From contig NW_024704748.1 of the NCBI RefSeq assembly GCF_018977255.1, forward strand, positions 24,118,001 through 24,182,000: 64,000 nucleotides of DNA. Direction: 5' to 3'. The first letter of the stretch is position 1. Each line of letters starts with the position of its first letter. The position numbers were made by a program, and so were the translations under genes. Of the stretch, positions 47,321-62,848 are shown piece after piece. This DNA is from Callorhinchus milii (Eukaryota). A model generated the notes under the pieces. That model did not search any database, had not been told where the DNA came from, and worked only from the letters and a program-made list of their open reading frames with translations.

Positions 47321-50300
47321 CTGCAGATAAAGCAATAAAGGTCAACCCTGTAAATACACTGCCATTTGGATGCTTTGTCACTTCAAAATAGCAAACAAAT
47401 CTATGTAACAGATTTGTATTCAAATTGCCCCCCTTCATGACACGTGGTTAATAGAAGCAGATTACAGTCAAGCTAATGAAGGTTGGAGGGGCAAGGCTGG
47501 TGGGTAAGGAGATTGCTGGCTCTCAGAACAGCCTGGGATACAAAGCCACTAGGATGAAGCTTCATACCACTATCCCCCCCTTTAATTCTGTTGGGAGACT
47601 GCACACATGCACCCTTTCCCAACCAGTCTTTTTCAGCCGAGGCCAAGCAAAGGCAGTCAAGTGGGTGACTTGACCCAAGCTTTTTAAAGACACAAATGCA
47701 AATTCTTCAGTAAAACCTTTGTTACACGATGAGCATAAAATTTAAAAAAAACTGGAAAAACAGTTACAATTAAAATAAAGTAACAGACTTGAAAATAGAA
47801 CTAAACTAGCACTGAAGCACTATTGCATGTGGACAAAACAGTAACTTAACACAATTGGTTTGAGTGAGAATCACAAGCTACGAGTGAGGTACAGTAAAAG
47901 TTTGAAGGGAGACTAAAAGTACTAAACCTGTACTTGGGGCGCACCAGCAGATCAGTTTGCTCTGTGGTAAATAGTTGTCAGTTTAGTCTGTTATAAAACA
48001 AGTGAACCAACAGTTTTGTGGATGATGAGCGAGATTGTAAAAGTAACCACTGAATGATCAATATCTCAGAATTGGCTTTTCGCATTTGCTTAAAACCGTT
48101 AAGTTGCAGATTGTGTAGAATCCTACATGAAGCACCATCTGTGCCCCCAATTGCTAAGTAACGGTCTGAAGAAGATTACAAGTCAGTAACAAGTTGAGGA
48201 ACAGAGATACAATCGATAACCAAGATAGTGCAGTTCAGTTATACCTGTTTAAGCAATACTGTTCAGTTATACACCAAAGACCTGTTTGGCTCTCTGGGCT
48301 TTTGCTGGCTTTTAGAATCGTATTTAAACCATTTTGCAGATTTAGACAGCTTTTCATATTTGTTACTGCAAATCTCAATCAACATCGAACAACAATTACC
48401 GTGTGACCAATACAAATGAATCCCCACTATGTCCCATTGCACTGCTGTACCATTGAGCTGCCACGATTCAGTTTTACTGCTCAGGACTCACTGGGTAAGA
48501 GTCTTGGAAATTATTGCTCAGTGAACAAGATGACGGAAAGGCAGAGTACCCCAGCTCCCCAGGATTAACACCTTTATACCTACAACACTAACTGGGCAAC
48601 TTGCAGATCTGCTGCTAACATACTAACATCTGCTGCTAAATACTTTAATATTAAAACAATGAATAATGCAATATTTGTGCTAGAGTTTCCAGTATAGAAA
48701 TGGAACATTTATCTTAGTGAGGAGATAAAACTAACCTCAGATAAGAGGGAGAGGAGATAGGTGTACTATCAAGCCTTCACAGAGTTGCCTGAAACCGTGT
48801 GTATTACATTCAGAGGCTCAGAACATTAGATTAACTACTGCAGCTGAAGCAGGGTTATTAGACTATGGAAAATCTGACGTTCCATTTGGTGCTTTAAATT
48901 TTTCTAGCCAGAATCAAATTCCTGAAATACTGGCCCTTGCTATACCCATCTCTGGCTGGACCAGCCCCTTGGACCAATTATATAAAATGGAGCCATTTAT
49001 ACACATACTTTAATGTAAACAGGACTGTAGTTTAGTAACCAAACTAATTATTTTATACGTCATCCTAGTGTATAAAGTGTGACCTTTCTCAACCCAAGTA
49101 ATCAATGTAGAGGAGTAAAGCTTCATCATTAAACTGGAAGGTTAACCTTTGACACAGCCACAAATGGTTACTTTGGCTTAACCCACATGTAGGCATTTCT
49201 CAATCACAAATTAACTCATAGATTACATCAACATGAAAGTACATAAGGGCGCTAACTTGCATGTCATTTCATGCTTCTCTATTCAACTTCTTCTAATGTT
49301 AAGTAAAAATGAAGGTAAAAGAACAGGAGAAAATGAGGGGGGGGGGGGGGTGGTGGTGGGTGGGTTGGGGGAGAAAGACAGTTCAAACGTGGGTAAAACT
49401 AGTATTTTTGTGATTTTTTTGGTTTCATTCTGGTTGGTTAGTGTAGGAACACAAAGCGTGTGATTTTGAGTGCTTTTACTGTACATTATTCTTATATTTT
49501 CAACATCAGTGAATTGGCTGAAAATGTGTTTTGCTGCTCAGTGCAGATCTACCAACAAGCTGAGGGTTAAGGATCCCAAACTGAAGCTGGATTAAACAAT
49601 AATGAAGATTTACAAAACAAGGAGTATTGATAACCGTATTATTGAATGCACCAGAGCTGAACAGCAGGGAGAGAAATCAGATGAATACAGAGACCAGCTG
49701 CAATAGCCTCTCTGCCACCACCACCCCAACAAGTTTACTTGTCAATTTCAGGCCAGACTCATCAATTTTAACTAACTGATTTATGTGCGCTCAGAGAGAA
49801 ACAGAACCAGGGCTATCGGCACTACTGACAGGATTATTGTAATAAGTCTGAAATGGAGTTGTCTTCTTCAAGTCTACTTCCAATACAACTCTGGAGCTGG
49901 GAGAGTGGGGTAGATTGGGAGCATGGATGTGAAACTTCCTCCGTGACTGGCTAGAGGACATCCCAAATAGGTCAAGGGATTACAATCTTCATCCTTAAAC
50001 TCATCTCCGATTAAGAAATAAAATCACTTGGGTATACATCCCACTGTGTCCCTGTGGAGAACAGACTTCAAGCAAAGCCCATGACTCAAACTAATTCCTC
50101 CCAAATGCTCAATTGCTGAACTTCAGGTCATCCAGCATCTGTTGCTTTTAATGTTATAAAGAGATCATGAACAGAAACAAGATCGCTTTGTGCACAGTAT
50201 TCTCAGAACAAAGTTTTGATTGAAAAGGTAAAACCATCTCCTGTTAAGCACTCCGAGACACTGTCCAGCATGAAGGGCGCTATATAAATGGAAGTTGTTG

Positions 50301-53300
50301 TTGTCGTTGATGCAGACAACTGATCCAGTACTTAGTTGCGACTCCAAAAAACATTCTTTCAAGACGAGGTTAGGGAGAACTGCATACAATCAAAGCCAGA
50401 ATTTGGGTCAGTATTTTACATTTTCTATTGAGAGGGGATGAAGGTCTAAAATACATTTAGAAAACATTTCTATTCCAATGGTCAACAGTCATTCGCTTCA
50501 CGGCGGTGGGACATTGCGGTGCACAAAATCGCTGCTGAGCAAAATACATAGTGAATCCTCTGAAGTGTTTTGACACAGCTCCTCAACATTGAAAGGTGCT
50601 ATATCAATTATTGTTTATTAATAATTATTTATTTATTAATTATTTTGTTAACACAGTGCTATATGGGATAGTGTTGAGCAGGCTTGATTTTGGTTTTGAA
50701 TTCTCGAGCCAGCTTTTGACCACTGACTCACAGGATGTTGATTGAGTTAAGTCAGAATCCTATTTTTAGTTGCAAAATCAAATGCCTATCTAATCAGGAG
50801 CACCAATGGCAAATTCCTTCAGTACATCTATTATATCAGAACTAATCGGGAGGGGGCCATTGTTGGTCATTCGGACATTTGGCACAGGGAATTTTAGCTG
50901 CTTGTCATTACAGGTGGATGGCAGAGGCAGGCTTGACACTGTAGGTAAACCGGTCATGTAAAAAGTCATTAAACAGTCAATCCATTAAAACAAAACAGCC
51001 CTACATCTGAAAACAAAAGGATTCACTTGTACAAAGAAATGTCACGTACAAATGTAATAGGACAAAACCATAGAGAGCTGAGATCATGGCCACGTACACA
51101 GCAGTGTGCAGTTCCAGTTTTACTCGCAGGCCAAGATAAGCTTTTGAATAGCATTTAAATCACAGACGTCATCTGCATTTCAATTTATAGCCCCCCACAT
51201 TTCGCCCGTTGAAAGTAAAGGTGTCTGTACAGCTTTTAACTTGATTTACTTTGGTTCGCAAATACGTTGGGTTCATTCTATGGAAAGTTTGCGATACAAA
51301 CCCACAATGTGTTTTTGATCCTGACCAACCCTTTCCACACTATACATTAAGCGCATGTCACAATTCCCAGCTTTGTCCTAGAGTTCAATGTACTTGTGTT
51401 TGCACTCAATCAGGGAGTGACTGGAACCCTTAGACAGTAAGTCATAACTTGATAACAAGCATCACAAAGACAAAACTGGCCTGCAGAATTTAAAAAAATG
51501 GTTTTATATGAAGACGAATAGAGTAAGATACATTCTTAAAACCTGATTAGCAAGCTTAACCGAAATTAGCTATGGTGCCATTTTGACAACTCAAAGACCA
51601 TTTGTAGATCAAAATAGAACGTGAACAATGAAAAACTTGTTATTCAGAGAACAATTGCTGAATAAATTTAGGCTTTCTCCAAATCCTGCATTAAACTATT
51701 TTACAAGTGTCCCGGGTTGGAAGATTTAGTGTTTAAAAAGCTGCCAAAATAATCCAATTGTTTAAGTGCTCCAACCTTAATATGCACTTTGATTGATGAC
51801 CAGGTAAATGTAAGATTTTACTGGAGTGGGAATGACAGATCACAACAAGGCAAAAGGGTGAAGGCCCGTTTTGACCCATTAAATCGCATCTTTTCAGCAA
51901 ACATGCACAAAAGAATTTACAGATGTAAGTAATTCATTAGCATTTGCCCGAATAATACAATCACTGCACTTTACAGTAAATCCTGTGAAGCGCTTTGAGC
52001 CGTTTCCACAATGTAAGGAGGAAGATAAAATGCAAGGATTCTTATTATATGATGTAGTTAACAGCTAATGCTGCGCTTAAAATCTTGAATTAGAACAAAC
52101 AACATCAAGCATTAGAGGCATACTTCAAAAATGAAATATTTCTGCCAATGCCTTATTTTTAAGGGATAAATTGAATGCCCACTGGAGTTCACAGAAGTAC
52201 ATACTGCATTAGCTTAATAAGTATCAGCATGTCACCACATGAACTCATAAGACTGCACATTGTGGCCACAAACATGAGGCAACGATTCTTTAAACTCATC
52301 CCACGCTAGTCTTAATACTCTGATTGACAGATGACAACTGCAATGAATGCATCTGCTGGTCCCATGATCTTGTTTATTGTATTGAGCAGGTTCAGGCCAA
52401 ACATTAGATTTCACTTTTAATTATAGCCCAATGACTAACTTGTATCCCAAAGAGAACTAACCAGTCCTCGGTTTGATTCATGAGAAGAGCGTTTGACAAT
52501 TAATCACAAAGTTCTCAATCTCTACAGCAGTAAACAATAACTTGGATTTATACAGCGCCCTTCACATAGGAGAAAATGTGGGTTCAGACTCCAAGCAAGG
52601 GAGAACGTGTAAGGGGAGTTTGCCATAGGCACAGTAGAAGATTTTAGGCACGATTTAAAGAGATGGGTGAGATGAAGGGAGTTCCAGAGGTTAGGGGCGT
52701 AATATGCAAGATAATTTCAGAATGTGGAAGGTGAGTCTGGATCAAAATAAAAAAAAGTATGGTCAGTAACCTAGATTCCCTCTGAAGATTGTCTGAGAAA
52801 TGAATACAAAAATACAATATACATTAGCAATCCCTACAGATGTCCCAATCCACAGTGGTAAACCTTTAGAAGCACTCAAAAGGCTTTCTTTCAACAAATA
52901 AAGTGGAACAAACAACTTAACAGCATATGGGCTTCTGGTATGAGGTTACAGCAATGTGCCAGCAATTCTGAGGGTGAAGGGTTTGTATTTTAAGTGCCTC
53001 CCAGTACAAACCATTAAGACTCAAGAGATTATGTGGATGCATATTAATTATCTCACGAGGGGGTTGGTCTGATAAAGTTATGTCTTCTTAGAGTCAACAA
53101 ACCATATTTCTTGCATATAAATGGTTGTGTAACAGTCTTGTGCTCTGTTTATTTGATACTGAGAAATGACAAATAGCTTGCTCTTTTTCTTTCCTTAAAC
53201 CAAAAATAAATTTGACAATTAACTTTTGTGGCTGTTGAGCTCCTTCAAACAAGTCCATATCCAGAATCTAAATACAATTCGTGGATACGACCAACGTAAC

Positions 53301-53409
53301 ACTGCAACAAAAAGATTCAATGGGAGGTGAGAAAACAATTCTTTATCTAGAGGGCTGACTGACTGGTTTCTAAGGTTTCCCTCACCTAAAAAAACAATCC
53401 ATCCAACCC

Positions 53410-53697
53410 TTCTCTCTCTCAGGTTCTCTCCCATCTTTCGCCTCCGCTAACCAGGGCTTGCTGTGTGTCCCCGTATCCTGTTCACACCATCATTGGCGGC
53501 CAAGCCTTTATAGTTCCTACACCCCTAACCTGTGGAACTCCCTCTTTCTACTATCCCGTCTCGCCCCCCTCTTTGCCCAAGTTAAATCCTACCTTGTCGA
53601 ACACGCCTATGACAACCTCTCCCATGCTCAACATCCAACCTCGTAAAATACTTTAATACATTATGAGAAGAGTGCTATATAAATGAAAGTCGCTGTT
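53410..53697 (+). mobile_element. Old L2 3' fragment, followed by a CR1-like tail (about 53700-53872)
   Basis: TIIGGQAF..ctgtggaactccctc..gtgctatataaatgaaagtcgctg. Confidence 0.6.
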
Positions 53698-55584
53698 TGG
53701 AACGTTGAATTTTCTGTCACAAACAGTGGAAGCAAAGTCCAGAAATTCTCTGAAAACAATATTAAAGGCCATGGGAAAGAGAGAAGGTGGGAGTGCAATT
53801 AGATTAGACGAGGTGGCTCATGTGAAGATAGCTCGACTTGAAATGAATAGCCTGTATCTGTGCGATTCTACAAGCACAGACAGAGAGGAGGCATTTGGGG
53901 CTTGAAGCCAGTTCACTCACAGACCACGTACAATCCACCCTGTTAATGTCTCACACACACTGAAGGAAAACACTGCAAACATACCTCTGTCCCTAATGGC
54001 AACTGAGCAAAACTCCAGAATATTTATCCAACTCCAGTATTCAAACCTTGGCTTGTTACCCTCCGTAAATCACATTTCGGCTTTTGTCTCTTTTCTGCTC
54101 CACACCTCCCCCGCCCCCACCTAGCCACACAGAAACAGGCATTTTCTTTGCCTGAAGAAATTTGATGAGGCAAATGAGCGATGGTCCAATTTGCGTTTCA
54201 CTTTTTAGCTGTTGATCAGAGTTTGAAAACAATAACATTTCAACACAATGTCACTCTTGCGGTGTAACCAGAACTGTCACACACACCCACAGGTAAAGTG
54301 AAGAACGATAAATCAAACCCATTCCTTCACAAAGAACACACTTCATTGATGCCAGGAGCAGAGACAATATTCTATCCTAACCACCACATTGCAGTGGTTT
54401 ATACTGGAGATTGGCATCAGCAGTAGTGGGATACCGAGATGATGCCAATGGTCCCTGTCTCTCCTGAAATAGAGACAAAAACCCTGCAGGTGAAACCTAT
54501 TTTCATAATTATTTTTATTTATTATTCATATATAATATATATATATTCACCCATAACATACAGTTACATTTTACAGTATATTCTGTGAAGCGCTTTGAGC
54601 CATCTCAACTGTACTTTGCATGTGGTGAAGCGCTATATCACATGCAAGAATTATTATCATTATTATTATCATTGATGACTAATTGAAACAGGTCTGTTGC
54701 ATTCTGAAAAAATGAACGAGTTAAAAGGAAAAAACAGCTAAAGATCGCTTTCTCTACTCTTCTGAAGTCGTTTCCGACTAAGATTATCTTCAGTGTTTAG
54801 AACTCACCAGGACTGGGCCGGGTTTCGGGAAGCAGCATTGTCCTTTAGAAACTGCCCTCGTAGTTTCACAAAGAAGATACTTAAAGTTGAATTTCTCAGA
54901 AGAGCATGGGCCATAACAACACAAAAAGAAACCATGTTTAAAAACAGTATCCACTATTCCTAGCGTCTACAAAAGGTACACAGTATTTTGAAAACGTTAT
55001 TTCAGATAGATTTCAATAACTCCTTTACGAAAATCGGTCATGAAGCAATTGAATAGTTGGATGTACCCAGGACTCATTGTAGAGCACGGTTCATAGAATA
55101 CTTAACAGCAATAAGCATTAAAACTAGGAAATCACAAAGTTAACTGATCTCTTAACTCGGTTTTATTACACACTAGCCTCCAGAGTAAAATTGAGAGCTT
55201 TACATTGTGATCATAAGCCACTTAAATTCTGCTCCACAGAGGCCTTAATAAAATACAAATCTACGCTGTTCTAAAGCGATCTGGTACATTTTAAAAATCT
55301 TTCTAAAAACACTCCCATTTTTGTTAACGTAATATGGTCACACACGCTATACTCAACACCTGAATCCTTCAATCCAGACCTCCAAAATTAGTTTCACCTA
55401 TTCTTCTCTCCCTCTGCCAAACAGATGTTTATTATATGCACTGTTTAAATTCTAGGATCTATAATTCAAGCTGTGTAAACCAATGTAATAAAAGCAAGCC
55501 TGCAGTTTATAGATGCTAAAGTTAACAAATGAAATCAATTGTACAATTAATTTTTTTTTACACACCTGGTTTACACAATGCAAA

Positions 55585-55962
55585 AAATAATAATTCTGGC
55601 ATTTGATGTAGCATCATTCATGTCAGGAAGATGTGCCAAAGCACTTTGTGAAGTGAATCATGTATAGACTTGTATTGTGTGTACAAAAGATTTGTAATTT
55701 GCAGGTGAACACTGCAGGCAAATTACACACTGAAAAATCCTAAAATAAAGAAACATCCATAAGGTGAACAACCAGTTTTATTTTGGAGGATTGTTGGTCA
55801 GGAGAACCTCCCTTCTCTTTTTGAATAGTGCCATGGGATCTTTATCACCCGCCTGAACAGGCAAATGAGACCTCTGTTTGACATCGCATCTGAAGGACGG
55901 CACCTCCAACTCTGCAGCACAACCCCAGCACTGCACTTGAGCGTCAGCTTAGATTACATGAA
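55585..55962 (-). mobile_element. Ancient Deu-domain SINE
   Basis: gaatagtgccatgggatctttatcacccgcctgaacaggc..catctgaaggacggcacctccaactctgcagcac is the reverse of the Deu-SINE 5' region. Confidence 0.7.
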
Positions 55963-56431
55963 ACATTCATGGGTTCGGACGAATCACAAATAATAGCCTC
56001 TGTTTCAGCAATGATGACACATGCCCAAACTGTAGAGGAAAAAGGAACCTCAAATGGCTAAAGAGTTACTAACATTTTCAATTTGACTCAATTGCCAATG
56101 CTCAATTCAATGTTCCGTTGCAGGTGCAGACGCTTAGAAATCTTCAAAGAATTAACAGTGCCTTGAGTGAGCACACAAAGGCAGAGGAAGATTCATGTTT
56201 GATACTTTGCACAAAACTGCTATTTTTGTGGAACGGGTAACAGATGTTCTACATGTTACACAATACCTCAAATTAAAAATAAACCAACTGACAGTACTGT
56301 CCAAGTTCAAACAAACGCAGATATTAATGGAAAAAGCATCAGCCACATACACTTCACGTCAGCAAATGTTCTTTCCAGTAATGCTTTACAATTCTTCCCC
56401 CCCTCCCCCCCCCACACACACACTCACATGT

Positions 56432-56602
56432 TGAGATCCATGTTCACATTCTCCTTTCTCCCCCATCCACCCCCACATGTGCCATAGACAAGAGCATTAT
56501 ATTCTTATCCATGTGAGGGTTAATGATAGACCCCCGCACACATAGAGAGAAGAGCTGTTGGTGGGGGTGGGGAAAGAAAAGAGAATGTGAACATGGATCT
56601 CA
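56432..56602. repeat. Inverted repeat: 22-bp perfect outer arms, about 45 bp imperfect
   Basis: tgagatccatgttcacattctc (56432-56453) is the exact reverse complement of gagaatgtgaacatggatctca (56581-56602). Confidence 0.9.
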
Positions 56603-59600
56603 CCACAAAACATTGTTGTTCCAACATGCAAGGCCATTGTGGCATTCACACAGAACTTTCCACTCAAAATCCTTTTGTATGTGAAGGCTGATTGGCATCA
56701 TTGATGAGCAGCACTGAGCCACACAGAAATAATACATATATTCATGTCAGTTCACAGCAGATAGATCCCGTGAAGTGCTTTGAGACATCTTGAATACGTG
56801 ATAAGGCGCAATACAAATGCAAGGATAATTAGATTAACTGTGAAGGCTCCAAAAGTGTAGAGATTAGGGTTTCTTGTAGTCTATTCAAGGAAGTTTTCAT
56901 TAATAACTAATTTAGGTGGTGCTCACTGGACACTGATGCATGATCAGCACATACCAAAAACTAACATGGGACAAGCTGGTTGGCCTCTTCGTGCCCAAAT
57001 AACCCTGAACTCACCCAGCACTCTTCACAAATACCAAAGTAATCAATTACCACATTCTTCGCTCTCGTATCAAAATTCAACAGCTCATCATGTTGCTTTC
57101 GGTTACAGTTAAAGATCACAGATATGTCTGCATAGTTATGGCCAGCAGATCGCATGGCATGGTTGTTCCTATTAACTGTATGCCACTTTAAAACCACCTA
57201 AGCCCAGCTCATACTGCTGGCCATGGAACAATATCGCTTCTGGGAATAAAGCTGGTGGCTTCATTTATAATTTCCACATTTACCAACTCAGGAAAAACTT
57301 AGTTATTGGATTAAACAACCAGCAATGTAATACTAAAAACAAATAATCATTGGTCTTTCCCCAAAACTTTAAGGGGCCATTTCTGGACGAAGCCCAAATT
57401 GATTGACACCAGCTGAATTTATACTGCAGTGGTTTGGATCAATATGCTGCTGAAATGACAACCATGCTTTGAGATCAAGCCAGTCAGTCCCGTTTTACCA
57501 CAAAAAGCGCAGTGCAAGTGGCACATTACATCAAGGTAGCAGTCACTAGAGATCCAGTCGGTCTGGTTATATTGTAAAGGTTTTGAAGGAACAGGCAGCT
57601 GCCATTATGCATTATGTCCAGCTTTAAAGAGAGAGACTGTTCAGTGTGTGATTTGTAACCCTAAATCCAAACTGGATAGAGCTTCCGTAAAGAACACTTA
57701 CTTTGAAAGCTGCAATTACAAGTGCTGATGTGTTGCTTCTCTTCCCCACTCCCTCCCCTGATCGTTAGGCAGTCATTGAAAGAATAAAATAACCCAGAGC
57801 ACAAACTGAAATATTAATGAAAAGTTTGTGCAGCAGAAAGCATTGATCAGTTTTGTAATGCACGCACACTAACAGTCAGAGTGGTTCCTTGGCTGCGTGC
57901 TCTTTACTGTCAGTACTTTTCCACACCCCTGGCTCTTCAGATGCTTCATAAACAGATGGCACATAGAACATTATACTGTACTTCAACCACCTGTCGGCAT
58001 CTGTCCCAACAATTCAATAAATTCCATTTGGGAGAGGGAGGGGATGGTCAAATGCCAGGAACAATGAAACACTAAGTTTCTGCTGGACACTTGCCAATTA
58101 CGAGAGGCAAATGTGTAGCAAACGCAAACAGTGCTCATGTAATTAAAAATTAAAACAAACAGCACCACCTTTTACTGGGCCTAAAGGGAATTGTGAGGTA
58201 CTCGTAAGTAGGTTTTATGTAACCCAAGACTTTGTGCGAATAATGTTTCCACAGCTCACAAAGAAACATACCAACTGAAATATCTATTCTACATTTCATA
58301 GGTGGTAAAATACAATTGTAAACCAGCAATTCTCCTGTGGGTTCTGCCTTCATTCTACGTTAAATGTGGGTCATAGAGTGCAAGATTTTATTCAGTAAAA
58401 GAATGAGCAATCATAAATTTCATAAATTCATTAATTTGCCAATTTATAACAACAACATGAATTTATATAGCACCCTTCACGCGGGATAGCTTCCCAGAGC
58501 GCTTGACAGTGAACGTGAAATCTACACAGTACATACTGATCAGAAATTAGAATTCTGCATTGATGGAAATGGCAAATACACTTGGGCACCAACTCACTGT
58601 AGTTCAAACAGTAGGATCCAGGATCCGAACCTGTGCACTGTAATTGGGGAGGCACAAGAATAAGTCATACACTTCCCTAAAGGGAAGGAGAGACATTCAA
58701 GACTGCTCCCCCATTCCTTCCAGCAACCAGTATCCACACCCAAATTTCCTTTCGATTCAGAGTTAACATTTTTAAAAAAAACTTACATCTCCAAACAGGA
58801 AAGTTCCACTCTATCCAGCCAACCTGATTATAAATCTGGAATGAAGCATTGATTCCAATCTCTTGATACCAAAGCACCTTATTGGATAGGCCACACATTC
58901 TCAGGACTAAACCAATAAGTTGAGTCAGCCAGTTATTTGAATCACAAGGCACATGGATCTGCCGTTTCCAAACAAATGTTAGCATAATGTTTAGTTGAGT
59001 GCATTTGGCCCTATTGCTGTGATTTGTGATCCACACATCTGCACTCTTCAGATGAAGCAAACAGCAAATATCAAACAGCACTCCATCCAGTCCCCTCTTG
59101 CACATTATGCTGCATCGTTGCAAGTTCTGCCTCCTCTGGAGGAGAATGTACACAATAGCCCAAGAAGGATTCTTAATGACGGTTTGAAGCAGCAAACGTG
59201 TGTTGCCAATACTGGCATCAGAAGCTGAATAAGAATTGACCATGTGTTTGCCTACTCAGCTTGGCAGGATAGGAATGGTGTAGAGCATCATAATATTAAG
59301 GAAAGGAAAAACATACGGGAAGGTAAACCAAGGCAAAGCCGCTTTGTTTATAAAGACACTAACTTGGGAAAAGTAACTATGATAGATATACTTAACGATA
59401 TTTTACTTTCAACGTTTACTCGTGGAGGAAAAAAAAATTTAGTCACGAAAAGCACAATTGTAAAATCTTCCAAATAAGTTTGCTGGGAATGGGATACAAC
59501 TACACCAAAATGTCTTCAAAAAGCCCTTCCTACACTGAACAGCATCTTAAATGAACTGTTCACTGCTTTGCGTTGCTTAGAGAATGATGACATTTTGTTC

Positions 59601-60529
59601 TGAACCATTTATAAAACTCATTATTCATTTGTTTAGGCCTAGGCAATAGGGGATTTGGTGTGCCAGGAAAAAGCAAATTTAAAATCAAGACTGTAGGCAA
59701 AGTACAATTGGGTAAAAGGGGTCCGTGGTAAACAAAATTGTAACTCAGCATGGCAGCTGGCTATTAAATATTTATGCAACAAACAGTCAACTGCTACTAA
59801 TCGAGGAGGTTGGCGTCATGTTTCTTGTTAAAAAGCAAACGTTTACAAATGCAATACAGGGTAAAGTAAGGAGTGTCCCACACAACAGTCAGTGCTCTCA
59901 CACCTTTTAAGTCACTGAACCAGATTTACAGTTACTTTGTGGGAAGAATCCTATTCACAAGAGATGTTGGTAGATGTGGAAACACTCTGCAGTCTGGCCT
60001 GTAAACTCCAGAGAAGGCTGTGAAAATGGGAGAAGCATTACTGTCCATTTCGGGCAAAATAAGTCATTTGGCTGCCCTCTTCAGGCTGGCAAACGGATAC
60101 TGCAGGGAATCAATGAAGAAAGGAAATGCATAGCAAATTATAGAAGATACCTGCTAATATGGCAAGAAAGTCAATTCAGATAGATTTTTTAAAAAAGTAA
60201 AAAGTCATTGCTTTCCAGTAGAACCGTGGCAATAAACAGATTCACAAGGCTGGCCATAAAATAAAGTTTCAATGTACTTAATTGAAATTTATATCCAATC
60301 TACAGCTTCAAGTTCATTGTAAATGAGTTACTTGTTGGGACAACCTGGGAAGCTCAGACACATGAGTTGATTTTACAATACACAGAAGATATTGAACCTC
60401 CGTCCTCTTTGTGACCCTTTCTTGCTACCAATTCCAATTTTGTATATGACATTTAGAACATTCACTCGACTATTTCAGTAATTTGGGCATTTTCACGGCC
60501 TTTTCACCGATATGTCCCCTGTGACAATA

Positions 60530-60715
60530 AGTAATAATCCCTCAAAAAAATAATAATTTGGTCACTCAATCCACAACTGCTGTGGAAAACTGCAACTGGC
60601 TGCCTTGTTTCGTCCACAAAATACAGTCAATCCACTTTACTACATATTCTGTGAAGTGCTTCAAGACATCTCAACGACACGATAAGGCACTGTATCAAAT
60701 GCAAGGATTATTATA
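60530..60715 (+). mobile_element. SINE 3' half
   Basis: taataatccctc..ggtcactcaatccacaactg..atcaaatgcaaggattatt. Confidence 0.75.
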
Positions 60716-62848
60716 CAATGTTTTGCTCCGAAACTACTTTACGACGCTGTGCGTTGGCTAAAATTTTATACTAATTTTATTTAATTCCAGAAAGCATTCG
60801 GTAAAGTTAGGCCGAAATGTTGAAAAAATAAAAACTGCCGGACCAAACCCCTACATGGGTGTGTTAAGATTGGGATTTCCTGCTTATCCCTCACTGGGTA
60901 GCAGAAAAACCCTAGGGGTCTGAAAGGTTTAATACAGGAATCTTACTTACAAAAATATATACGCATGCTGCTCAATTACTTTCACCCTTCCACCCACATA
61001 GGTGTGATGCAGAGTGATCAGTGATTCACTGAAGAGTTAAAATGCAGTGTGCCTGTCTGCACAGCTAATCATAAGAAAGAAAAACAGATCGAACACAAGC
61101 CAAAGGAAAAAAATATGAGACGGGCATGTCATACAAACTGTAAACTGTGAATTAAATCATAGCCATGGAACATCCAGCAATGTTCCTTTGGCACACAAAT
61201 GTGAAAAACACTTCACTATAAACAGCCCATTTTATTATTCTGTGCAACACTGAAGGCCTGACATACGGAGGATGCAATGCTGAATAGCGTGCAACACATA
61301 ATTCAGTTACATTCTGTGGGATCTAACTTTCGTGGTAGATTTTAGAATCAAAAGGCAGATGCTTAGAAGTATATGAAATGAACTGACATTGCAATCCCAG
61401 AGCCTGAGCAGATGCCCATGTTGTGGCAGAGAGTCAGAAATGGCGCTGCAAGAAAAGGAATGCATTGCACAACTGGCTACCACATGGGTTTCACAGTGAT
61501 GGGGTTACAACAGGTTCAGGGCAATGTTCTATATGTAGGATTCAGGGTCATCTGAAGAACCCAAGCTAATCAGATAACGCAACCTTGGAAACGTTCCACC
61601 AACCGATAAATGCATTCACTAAAACTGGGCAATCAAATAGTCTTTCGATCATTCGAGTGGAATATTTCAGACCTTCGCTTTGATGATTTTCACATTATTT
61701 TATTTATAATTTTATAGAAGTTTGAAAACGTAATTTTTTTCCCCCTAGGAATACGGCAGCCAATTTGCTCACAGCAAGGTCCCACAAACTTTATTTGTCC
61801 AGTATGGTGTACACCTGTAAAAAACAACTCCCTTTTCCGCCCCCCCCCCAAAAGAAATGTTACAGTATCTTTAATGTCCACCTAAATAGGCAGTTTTAAA
61901 ATCTCATCTGAAGGGCAGAACCTCCAACACTCCCTTGGAATGTTTGCAAGGTCTATACAAGTTCAAAATCCTGACAAATAATTTGGGGAACAAACATGCA
62001 ATTTGTTGTTGGTGATTAATACTTTAGAAATAATAAATGAGAGTTGGTAAATGTAATTAAATTTAATAACCCTCTTCAAGCAACTTGGGAAACCGATTAA
62101 ACGTCACCTTCTCAATCTACTTATTCTGCTATCAATTCTCTTGTGGACAGGTAAGGAAGACATCTACTGCAGCACCAATCCAACAGGATTTGTGCAATAA
62201 TGGGAAATAATCAGAATTAAATATTTGCCATCACAAGCTGCGTCAAGGGCAACATCCAAAGTATGATTAAACAAAATAACAAGTACAAACAACCCAGCTT
62301 CTGTATTTGTTAAGTCTGCAAGCAAGACCTTGGACCAGAATCAGTTACAGTACATTTGTTTAACATTCAATCTGTTTCAAGTGACAAACTAGCAATTTAT
62401 TCCACTGAATTCTATTGAATATATTTAGCAATTAAGATCTTGCATTAGTTCTCTCATCCAGCATTCAAAATATCCTATTTCTATCCTACTAACTGAATTA
62501 CCAGGATATGAATTGATGACATGTCTAAATATGGACTGCAATTACATTATTCAGTAATGTTTGGAAATATGCAGTTCACAGCTCCATCTAGAGGTTACTT
62601 GGCATTTTTCAGTGGTTACTCAAAAACTGCTTAACATATCACAGCAAGCTGGAGGGTCTGTAAAACACTGGCAGTAATCGATTACGTTATCAGCTGAACA
62701 GATTAATACCATTGTCCATTTCTGTTCTGCAACCCTGTTCCTGTATCTACTGCACCTGAATTACAAAACAGCAGATGCAGATTAAGATGCCCCTCTATTA
62801 AACGATTCACAAGCCAAGCTTTATAGACCGCCAATAATTTCCCTCATT

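Noticed and set aside
58677-59243. 188-aa minus-strand ORF in the LHPP intron
   Set aside because: Non-ATG start, atypical composition and no similarity to LHPP. The flanking LHPP exons already join in phase.
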